Origin: Setoptus koraiensis
Taxonomy: Eukaryota > Animalia > Arthropoda
Direction of reading: 5' to 3'
DNA length: 64,000 nucleotides
Assembly (NCBI GenBank): GCA_048013815.1
Contig: CM106586.1
Location: forward strand, 19,654,001-19,718,000
Made by a program: the position numbers and the translations under genes
Notes under the pieces: model-generated
What the model was told of the DNA's origin: nothing
Database searches by the model: none
Seen by the model: only the letters and a program-made list of their open reading frames with translations
Shown: piece by piece, positions 13,801 through 24,600 of the stretch
Layout: every line of letters starts with the position of its first letter
Position numbering within the stretch: the first letter of the stretch is position 1

Positions 13801-15695
13801 CGCAGCGCCGCCCTGGCGCTTGTTTTAGCTGGCGAGCTGCCGTTTACGGCGGGCGTTTTTATCGCGAGGGCCGCTCGTTTTTTATCGAGCGCCATTATTT
13901 AAAAGGCCCGGCCGGCCGGCCGGGGATTAGACGAGCGCGGCGAGCCTCTGGCGCTCGGCGTGCGGGGGACGAGCCGACCGACAAAAATAAACTCTCGACG
14001 ATGCGCCGCTGACGGTTGCGCAACACCATGAGCGCGTTGATGATGAGCGCTGCGAATTATCATCACTGTTACGTCATCATTGTTATGGTCGCCCGGCTGA
14101 CCACTTTAGTGCGCGCCGTGCATGTTTGTGTGCACCGTTAAACGGCGTCATTTCGAATTCGAACATTCTGAGTGCACTGTTCGAAACGAACGAACAGTGG
14201 CCAGCGTGTGAAACTGTTGCGCAACAAACAAATCTCATGCGTCGTCGTCGTCGTCGTAAAAAGTCGCTTGTTTGTTTTGGCTGTTGCGCAACTGTCAGTG
14301 CGCCAACCGTCAGTGCCACTGCCAGAGCGCCGGCCGGCCCGACGATCAGAGCGCCGGCCGGAGCGGCGCTCAGCGCGGCGCTCAGTGGGCCGAGAGGGCG
14401 CCACCAGTGACTCACCATAAGTGAGGGGCTTGTTTGCCTCAGGTGAGAGTTGGCCAGACGGGCGGACAGAGATGGAAGGATTCGCTTTTTGTTGGCACGG
14501 CCGTCAACATAACGGCCGGGCGGCTCGCTTTCGCCGCGGCGCGCCGGCCATACCCGCCATACCCGCTCGGCTAATTTAATGCAGCGACCAGCAGCAACAG
14601 GCGGATTAGTCAGCGGGATATTGGCCTATTAATTGAGTTTCTGTTGGACGCGCTCGCCGGCCAATAACAGCAGTGATAAGCCGGCTGGCCAGCAACAACA
14701 ACACCAACAACCGCATCAACAACGGCAACAACAACAATATCGTTTCTGCGGCCGCTGCCATTCTTTTGGATAACAACCTTCACGTGAGTCGCTCTGGCGG
14801 CTCGTAATCGCTCGTTGTCTCTGCCGGCTGCCCGCTGACCACCGCAGAAGCCGCGCGGACCAGATGCGGCCAGATATCGAGCTGCCGGCCAGACCCGAGC
14901 GGCAAACAGAGCCGAACGGACGCAGAGACACGGCGAGACGGCGCTCGAAAACGGCGACCGCTATTTAGCGAGACGCAATCATCAAACAACATGAATGAAT
15001 TTAATCTGGCGGCCGCTGTCCGCAGCCGGCGCTGGCGTCTCGGCAAACACCGACAGCGACTAACCTCAAAACTGGCCGCCAGCCCTGGCTACCGCTCGTT
15101 GGCATGCCAACCAAATCGGCCAAATCGCTCAGATTAAATTATTCCGTTTTCGCTATCTCGGCGGCAACAACGACGGCGGCAACAACAACAACAACAACAA
15201 CAACGAGGCCGGCCGGCCGGCGCATCCCTGCCTCCGCCTCGACAGACTCGCTCGTCGGCCGGCCCGGCGAAGCGCAATTGGTCAGCTGTCGTTGTTGTTG
15301 TTGTTGTTGTTGCCGTTGTTGTTGTTGTTGTTGTTGTTGTTGCTGCTGTCGGCGCTTTGTGTGTGGCGTGCACACTCACACAGCCGACAGCGGGCCGGCC
15401 AAACAACAACAATTGGCAAGCTCATCATTTGGCCAGAGCGACTACCAATCGCAGCTTGTCTCTGTTGTGTGTGGTCAGCGGCATGATTTGCATGCCTGCC
15501 TCAGAAGCACATGATTAAAATGTAAATGACCACCACCGCCAGCATCATTAGCTCGCCACACATAATCAGTGTGTGTGTGTCAGCGACGTTGGCCAGGCTC
15601 AATTACTCGTAATATATAATGTTACGTAAGAGGCCACTTGTGAGAGAGTTGCCCATGTTGTTGTTGTTGCTGTCGTTGCTGTTGTTGTTGTTGCC

Positions 15696-15726
<31 letters not shown>

Positions 15727-16890
15727 TTGTTGCTGTTGCCCAACGATCGGCCCGATCGGCCCGCTCGACATCTCACTCTCAATGAACGGCTGTCCATGGC
15801 GTAATTGCGATGGCACACGGTGATATTTCAAACTGACCACCGTTATGACGAGCCGAATATTGTGCAAACTTTGACTTAAATTGCAATTTACATTTGCCCT
15901 GCTCTTGGCGGCTCTCAATTCATTGGCGCATCGCTGGCTCGCTGGCTCACTGCGCCCGCCTAAACGGCCCGCTGTCCAGCTAATTAATTAGCGTCGTTTA
16001 ATAAAATGGCACAGTTAATAAGTTGACGGCGCAATTGACGGCAGCGAGCGCCGCTTAGTGGCCAATTAATTATCGCTAAAAGCTCAAATCGATTATAATT
16101 GGCGTCGCAAAATGCCATTGCACAAACGAGCCAACATGCCACAAGCGCTGTTTGGATTGTTTATTGTCGGCTTGACAGTGTCGTGCGCGCCACACTTGCC
16201 AAGCCAGTGACCGCAATGTATATTGCGCAATATCTCTCGGTATATCTAGCGGCCCGAATTAGCGTCTATAAAATTTGTCTGCGGTGTTGTGGCGGCCCAA
16301 TCAACAGCAGCAAATCTCTGCAGTCTCGACTGGCCGAGCTCGGGCTGGCCCGCGGACCGGCAGCCCCGATCGGGTTGCATTGCGAGCCCTCGAAGCAGCC
16401 CTCGCAAGACTCGAAAGGCTGCTGCTCGCTCGCCGGCAACGCCAAACAACCGGGCTAAACTGATTAGAGGATAATTGATGAGCGAGCGCCTAAATGGGGC
16501 ATGCCGTTGATTGTTTTTGGCCGTAGCCAGTTGTTGTAGCCGGCGCGTCTGGCGACCGGCCGTTGGCTTGCAAGAAGCGTCTGCCTGAGCCACCGAACAC
16601 ACTATTGTAATCAATCGGTCATGTTCACAATGGCGATGACAGTGACTCGAACAGCAACAACAAGCTGCACCGTTACGTAATGATGTTCGCCGGCACTGGT
16701 GGTTGGTGTGTGCGTCTTTGCACAGGGATTATCCGTTGCTTATCCAGCGTCGGCAGCAGCAGATTAAATAATAAATGAGACGAGTCCAGTGCGCCCGTTA
16801 TCATTATTACCTGTGTGTGTATGTATTATTTTTAGTGGCTCACGGCTTTTGTTGTTTGTCATGTCTCGAGAGGTCGCAGTGAATTTACAT

Positions 16891-17028
16891 TTCGCAGTTC
16901 GCAGTTCGCAGTTCGCAGTTCGCAGTTCGCAGTTCGCAGTTCGCAGTTCGCAGTTCGCAGTTCGCAGTTCGCAGTTCGCAATTCGCAATTCGCAATTCGC
17001 AATTCGAAATTCGCATTTCGCATCTCGC
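16891..17028. repeat. Heptamer array (TTCGCAG)x12 decaying into TTCGCAA/TTCGAAA/TTCGCAT units
   Basis: 12 perfect units 16891-16974, then variant units. Confidence 0.95.
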
Positions 17029-20000
17029 ATCGGGCTCGCAAACAAACTGTTAGCCCGGGGTTAATAATAACGCCGCTCGCCGTTGAGGTGAATATCCACA
17101 TACTCGCACATATCCACACGGCAGCCACTTGCGCCGGCCGCAACGCCAACGACGGCAACGCCAACTACAGCAACGCCAACTGCAGCAACGCCAACTACAT
17201 GCAACAGCAGCCACAACAACGGCAAATATATGTACAACAGCACAGCTATGTTGCGCATATGTTGTGCTGCAGTTATGCAACAGGTACGGCGGTTACGTAA
17301 CAGAATCGGAGGAGCAGAGAGCACGACGACGACGACGCCGAAATTGTTATTGTTATTATTATTGTGTTATCGCGTTACGTAACGAAACGAGCCAGCGGCG
17401 CCGGCAGCAGCAGACGACGCCCACAAGTGTCCCTGTTTATGGCACTTGGACACTTTATACGTTATTTAGTCATCGCGATGACAATAATAACAGCAGCAGC
17501 AATAATAATAGTAATGACGATGCTCCAGATAGACGCTGCTCGAATGTGACACTTTCGGCGCTGTCGTGTCGTCTCGACGATCGCGTTCTGGCGCACTCGT
17601 CGCGACTCGCCAACGTCTCTGGGCAGCGCCGTCAGCAGCAGCAACGACAACGACAACAACGACAGCAACAACGACAGCAACAACGACAACAACGACAACA
17701 ACGACAACAACGACAACAACGACAACAACGACGACGACCTCATCGGCGGCAGCAGCGACGGCAGCCACAGCGGCAACAAGTGTCCGCCGCAAGCGTCGAG
17801 CCGCTCATAATGACGGCAAGTGCAAGTGCAAATGAGGCTCGCTCGTTGTCATTCGAGCCGACGAGCCGACAAGCCGGCTGGTCAATGAACTGGAGAAAGT
17901 ATCATTTTTCAATTACGCTGCTGGACGCACGGCGTTGGTCGTCGTCGTCGCCGGCGCCGTCATCGTCGGTGTCGCCGCTGTCAGAGCGCTTCGACAGTCG
18001 ATAGACGCCGGCCGCCACTCGCCAAAAACAAAAGCCTCGGCGAGCCCGTTGGCGAGTTGGCCGCGGCTCGCAGCCCGCAACTTGCAGCTCGCAACCTACA
18101 GCTCGCAACTTGCAAGTTCGAACAGGTGACCGGGCGAGCGGCGAGCGGCCGAGCGCGGATAAATTGCGCACAATGGCAGTGGATCGACGAGCAGGGTCTG
18201 GCCGCACGGTCGGCCGGCGACGCCGGCCAGCGGCGGTGTGTAGCCGGGCGAGCGATCGGCGGCCGTTGGCATGCCAGCCATTGATAGGTGTTGCGCAATG
18301 GAGCCGGTTGACAACAATCGATCGATGGTCGTCGTCTCTTGTTTCTGTTGTCGTTCGACGCCGGCGCTTCGAAGCCGGCGCTCCGAAGCCGGCGAACAAC
18401 AGCCGGCCGACGACACACAAAGGAGCCACGGAAAAGAAACTGATCGCTATAGGCGAAAGAAGCCAACGCAGAGAACGGACCAGCGCAGAGAACAGACCGA
18501 CGCAGAGAACAGACCAACGAAAATGGAACGGCCACCTGTTATTGGCCGCTGTTGGCGACGGTTGTTGAATTAGATGCAAATGGGCCGGCGCATTTGAATA
18601 TCATCGGCACAGTGAGCGACGGACGACGGTCGCTATAGCAACTAACTGCATTAAAACAGTCGCCGTGGTGACGTAATTGAATTAAATCAAGTTCATTCAT
18701 GCCAACTGGTGGCTGCGATGTTGCGAGTCGTGCCCACTGCCATTAGCGGCAATTGATCGGCCGACATTTGAATGGCCGAGTGGTTCGAATGGACAATGTC
18801 GCATCATGTCGCTCGTCGCTCCACAAATGGACGTCACAAATGGACGTCACAAATGGACGTCACAAATGGCTGCCGAGCGAGCGAGCGGCCGCAACCTGTT
18901 GCGTCTGCGGACAAAGTGCCGTTGCTGGCCTTATGTTGGTCATTGCGTCACTATGAGCATGGTCATTGCGTCACTATGAGCATGGTCATTGTATCGCTGT
19001 GCCCATGTCGGTATGGCCTTGCCCGCTTGTGGCCGATACCGGTGACCGATGCAGCGACTGGCCGATATTGCTGACCGATGCGGCCAGTGGCCGTGCAGCG
19101 AGTGGCCGTGGCCCGGTCGGGCCGGCGCCCGGACAGACCGCATCGCGATTGGGTCGATTGAATGGCCTGCGCAAGGCTAAATCAATTTGCTGAATTGCTG
19201 AATTAAAATTAAATTCCAGATTCTTCTCCTATTTCAATTTACATGCTCTGGCTGGCCGATTCTTTGCCGATTCGGCGCTTGTCACAGGTTCAACCGAAAT
19301 TGGATCAATTGTTGGACTATTCACAAGCGACTGCACTGGCTCTGGCACACAATTGGTCGCCATGAGCCGCGAAATACACACTCAATTTAAATGTGTTTAT
19401 GCTCATGTTTATGCCCGTAACAACACACACACACTGTACAGTCACTGCATTTGCACAAAGCCGCTCTCCGTTGCGAGCAAGCCCATTGATCTGGCGCTGA
19501 CGCTTGCGCAATTGCAACCTTTTGCCAAGATCGTTTCGCCAAGATCGTTTTGCCAAGATCGTTTTGCCAAGATCGTTTTGCCGCAAGTGTGCCGAGCGGC
19601 CGGCCGAGATGTGCAGAGATGAGTGTTGGTAGTAAAAGAATGCCATTGCCAGCCAGCTATGAGCTGGGTAGCTGAGTGCAGCTGACTCGGTCAGCTGACC
19701 GGACCGAGGGCCAGAAGGGCGCGCCATAAGCCACAGTGATGCGCAGTCGAAATTAACGGCCGGTCGGCCGGCCGAGCATGCGAGCGCCCGAGCGACAAGG
19801 GCCGGCCCGTGGGTGCTAACGGCCGGCGGCTCGTCGAGCGGCGTCTTGTTGGTCGGCCGACAATTGGGCGCCATTCTAGGCCACTTGCTCCACTGGACGC
19901 AGCTCCACTGGACACTGGACGTTGCTCCGTTGGACGTTGCTCCGTTGGACGTTGCTCAGGGCTGTTAGACACCCGTTGTTACTGTTATTGTTGTGTCGTT

Positions 20001-20186
20001 GTGGTTGTTGTGTGTCGGTGCTGTTGCGAGTGGCCGTTGTGTGTCGCTGTTGCGAGTGGCCGCTTTTGTCACTGGCTCTGATTTGGGGTGATCACGCCAC
20101 TTGTTGTCGTCGTAATGTGCTAATGTGTAATCAGGCACACAATAATAACCGCGATAATATACTTATGCAACCGACGGTGCGACCGA

Positions 20187-20274
20187 CGGATAATGCCGGC
20201 GCACAAAACGGATAATGCCGGCGCACAAAACGGATAATGCCAGCGCACAAAACGGATAATGGCAGCGCACAAAC
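20187..20274. repeat. 22-bp minisatellite (CGGATAATGCCGGCGCACAAAA), 4 copies
   Basis: Read directly; later units carry single substitutions. Confidence 0.9.
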
Positions 20275-21129
20275 GACAACCAACAACAGGCAGCCGTTTA
20301 ACCGTCAAAACGAATGCCAAAACGATGGTGCGCCACTTAAATGCGATGCACCATTTAAATGGCGCATCATTTGAATGGCGCACCATTTAAATGATGCAAT
20401 ATTTAAATGAGACGACAAATACCTTGTGTGACGCAACGTGTGGTGTGTTTGGTCGCAATTAGGCCGGCCGCAATGGTCGCGCAACCACTTTAGCGCACAC
20501 AACCATTCACTATTTGCCATTGACTCAATTTGACTGTTGGCCGCTGTGACGCTCACCTGTGACGCTCACCTGTGTCGAGTCGGTGCCGAGTCGGTGCCGA
20601 GTCAGTGTCGGACTCGAGGCGTTTGACTGGCGATGCAACTGTCAATTAACTGCCGGCACACACAACAAACGGCCAATAAACACATACGCCGGTCAGCCAG
20701 CCCGGCAAGTGATTTATTGGCCTGAGTCGGCTCCATTGGTGGCGATACGCAAACGTAACGTAGGAGAGCATAATTCAAACGAAACGGACTGCCCATTGCA
20801 TGATAATGGCCCAATGGCAAGCCGGCTCCAGTGCAGCCCGAGCTGCAGATAATTTATCCGGCACGATAATTTGCAGCGGCCACTGCTGGGCTGCGTGTCG
20901 TTGTGAGCGCGCCACTGGCGTGTCGTTATGAGAGCGCCGCTAACGAGCCCGTCTCACACTTGCGCAACGATATATCGCGCCGGGCGCCGCCAGGGTCCCG
21001 TTGCCGGCGGCCGCGGCCGACCGACGAGCAACAATAAGTGAGGCAAATAACGCAAATGGACGCGAATTGAGCCGGCCCGACCGATCGTTGGGCATCATTG
21101 GGCATTTGTGAGAGCGGCGACCATTGTGG

Positions 21130-21176
21130 CGAGTTTGAATTGTGGCCCACAATTTCTGGGCCACAATTCAAACTCG
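21130..21176. repeat. Perfect 20-bp inverted repeat with 7-nt loop
   Basis: CGAGTTTGAATTGTGGCCCA-caatttc-TGGGCCACAATTCAAACTCG. Confidence 0.95.
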
Positions 21177-22243
21177 AGACGACGGCTCACACCGCCAGTT
21201 GGTAGTCGGGCGCGGGTAGCCGGCCGCTAGCAATCGCAAGCAAACAATTGCCGGCAGAGCCGGCCCGACGCGCAGCCGGCCAAGGCTGCTGAGACAGAGC
21301 ACGAGCGAGCACATCAAGCGTAACAATGTCTCGCACAGCGCACAATTATGCAATTGCGCACAATGCTCTCATTGTGATTGATTGTGTTTAATTGATAAAC
21401 TCAATTAGAGTGCGTCCATTGTGTGCGCGCCGCGTGTCGCCCGATGTGGTCCGGTGTGCGCGCGTTGTCGGTGTTGCGACTGGCACAGCGCTGGCCGAGC
21501 GAGCACAACTCGAGCGAGCTACGCGGCTGTGCAAGCACGCGCCGGGCCGACCTTGAGATTCGCGAGTCGAGATTCGCGAGTCGAGATTCGCGAGTCGAGA
21601 TTCGCGAGTTGAGAAGCCGTCGCAGGGGCTCGCCACTTGCAAGGATCGTCCATTGTGAGGGGGGCCATGCGAAGGGCATCCGAATAGCAGCAGATCTTGT
21701 CTCTGTTGGCGCTCGCATTGTTTTGTCTCGCTGTCGGGCACGGGCAAACAACAGCGCGAGCGGCCGAGAAAAGAGCCAAGAAAAGAACACACACGAGCAG
21801 CGGATTGTTATCGCGCCATTGGCGATGTAGAGATTCTAAGATATTCAAATGAGCCAGTTCCAATGTCCGCTGTCACGCCGCTCAATGTCATACGCTAAAT
21901 ATACTTACAATGTGCACTTGTTAGCCGTGCGCCAAATATACTCAATATACACTTATATCTACTTGTCAGTGGGTATGCACCAAATACACACAGCCGCGCA
22001 ACAACAACAGCGATGTTTGCAAACACACACACACAAACAGTCAGTTTAACAGTGTGTGGCAACAATTTAAATTACGACAACAACAATGGCCAAACAACAG
22101 GTGGTTGAGTGGTGCGGTATGGCTGTTGTTGTTGTTTGTCAGTATCACGATTGTCCGACAATGTTGCTGTTGCGACAACAACCTGTTGCACAGCTCGCCT
22201 GACCAGCGCACTGCTAATGCGCGCTGCCAACACTCACTTGGCG

Positions 22244-22284
22244 GCTCATGAATCAAGGGCCGCTGAGGCCCTTGATTCATGAGC
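22244..22284. repeat. Perfect 18-bp inverted repeat with 5-nt loop
   Basis: GCTCATGAATCAAGGGCC-gctga-GGCCCTTGATTCATGAGC. Confidence 0.95.
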
Positions 22285-23029
22285 TCGAATAATGAGGAGC
22301 GTCTCGAATTAATTCTTTTGTTTCGCTGCCAACTTCGCCGTTAACTTGCGCTGGCAACTTGCGCTGGCCACTTGCGCTGGCCAGCAACTTGCGTGGTGCA
22401 AGCCGGCGAGAGGTTGCGTCACAACGCTCGCCAGACCGTTGTTGCCACTCGCAACTTGTGAGCCCTTTTTATCTGCGAGCTTGCCGGTTTAATCAGGCGA
22501 AATCGGGCGAAATTAGCGCAGTTAGACTCTCACTGTTAGAGCGGCCGGCCCAACCGGCCCAACGAAAGTTAGTTAAAAACGCAATAAACAATGATGCCGC
22601 GTGATATATGGGGCCTGGGCGGCGGCGTTGGCATGCCCGCTGACGGGACTAGCTGACGGACGAGATTAGCAGAGTGGCAGCTCGGCTAATTGCTCGCTTC
22701 TTTTTCAGCGCGCCATCATTAAACAGCCCATAAAACACGGCGCAACGCAAGACGCGCTAGCGATGGCCGACCGACAACATAAATTATCGCGCCGCTTGAT
22801 TAACCGGGGGCGCCTTTGATAATTTAAAACTGCGTCGGAGTGAGCTGGACTGGCCACTTTGGCGCCCATAATTAGAAAGTAATCAGCTGCAGGGCGATGA
22901 TTACTTTCTGCCAAAATGCTTGTCCATACAAGCATGCTCGGCGCTTTCCCTTGTTTCATGACGCAAGGCACCACAATGACGCAATCAGACAAACACAAAC
23001 AAACAATACATATTTCATATTGCGCCGAC

Positions 23030-23140
23030 GCTGACCGCCGTCGGACTGACCGTAGCGCTGACCGTCGGACTGACCGTTGCGCTGACCGTCGGACTGACCG
23101 TTGCGCTGACCGTCGGACTGACCGTTGCGCTGACCGTTGG
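23030..23140. repeat. 24-bp minisatellite (GCTGACCGTCGGACTGACCGTTGC), ~4.5 copies
   Basis: Read directly; each unit is two related 12-mers. Confidence 0.9.
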
Positions 23141-24496
23141 CCGGCGCCGCTGACAGCGGACGGACGGGAAAGTGCAGCGAGCCAACAAGCGAGCGCGCTC
23201 CGACGCTCTCATTCAGTGCTAATAGCGATGCTCGCTGATAGGCGACGCTCGCCGCTGCCGGCGCCGACAATGAGCCGGGCGCCCACGCCAGCCCAATGGC
23301 CTAAGCAATAGCAGCCGGTCGCCAGAGCCGGCTGTGATGAGTGGTCCGTGCCGCCGAGTGGCCGGCGCTCGCACGCCGGCCAGCTCAAGTTGTGCAATAA
23401 TATATAATAAGCCGGCGGCAACAAGTTGTGCCCAGGTGAGACCGTTGCCGTGCGCAACACCAACAAACAACAATAGGCCACTGCGAGCGTCGCCGTCAAC
23501 GGGCCAGAGATGTGCCTAATTGATCACGACGACACTGTGGCCCGTGGGCGAGCCTCTCGACTGGCCGGCCCGCGCTCGGCGCGTCGGCCGCGTCGGATAA
23601 GTCGGCCGCGTCGGATAAGTCGGCCGCGTCGGATAAGTCGGCCGCGTCGGCTCACTCGGAAAATTGGTGAAAATTGGTCGAAATTAGTGCAAGTTTGCTG
23701 GCAATTCGGCCACAATTTTCAGCGAGCTCGCTGGACCAATTTCCAATCGAAGAGGCGAGTGCGAGCGAGCGGTTCGAGTGGCTCGCTCGTCCACTCGCAA
23801 ACGATGCATACTGACGACGAACGCTGACGACGACTACTGGCCACGAACAGTCGAGGCGGCGGCCACAGAATCGGCACGAAATGAGTTCAATCACGAGCAG
23901 TGCCCGTCGAGCATGTTGAGCGGGCCGGCCGGACGCAGCGGTTGCGCAACAAGGCGCATTCAAATCGGCCGGTGACAGAGTGCGCGTCGCTGTTAGTTGC
24001 GTCGGGTTCGTAATAACGGTATTGTTGCGAATCGGCGCATACCGTTATGCAACTAGCGCCAGAGAACAATGAGCGACGGCGAAGAAGCGCCAAAAGTTTT
24101 GACTCAAAAGTGCTCTATTGAATCAATAGTATTGAATCAATAGTATTGATTCAATGGGGTCCATTGTCTCAAGTTGCGTGTGTCATCTCTGCCAGTGATT
24201 CACTGGGCAGCAGTCAAGTTGTTGGCCGGGCAGTGCGCGTCTAGTGCCGACATTTGCGCGCCGGCCGACATTTGCGGGCCGGCCGACGCCGATGCACTTG
24301 TCTCGACAACGGGCACCCACATACTGTTGCCGTGCGACCACTTGATTGATTCGCGAGTCGACCAGACCAAGAGTGATTATTTCATCACTTCTCGGCGCTC
24401 GTCTCGCTCGCTAAACGGCCGCACTAACGGCGCGCTCAACTGGCGGCAACTCGCCAACAATTAGCGAGCAAATCTTCACATTTTCATGTGTCAGCT

Positions 24497-24600
24497 CGAG
24501 CGATCACTCGGCGAGCGATCACTCGGCGAGCGATCACTCGGCGAGCGATCACTCGGCGAGCGATCACTTGGCGAGCGATCATTTGGCGAGCGATGACTCG
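24497..24600. repeat. 15-bp minisatellite (CGAGCGATCACTCGG), ~6 copies
   Basis: Read directly; degrades toward the 3' end. Confidence 0.9.

Noticed and set aside
2526-18579. Long ORFs such as 2945-3805, 3259-4128, 6325-7035, 10480-10947, 17129-18004
   Set aside because: Open in several frames and both strands because microsatellites lack stops; translations are homopolymer runs with no domain.
21130-22284. Hairpins as intrinsic terminators, pre-miRNAs or histone stem-loops
   Set aside because: Eukaryotic context, no U-tract, stems shorter than pre-miRNAs, no match to conserved miRNAs I recall, not the histone consensus.
1346-24600. Repeat arrays as CRISPR
   Set aside because: Units are contiguous with no unique spacers, no cas genes, and the context is eukaryotic.
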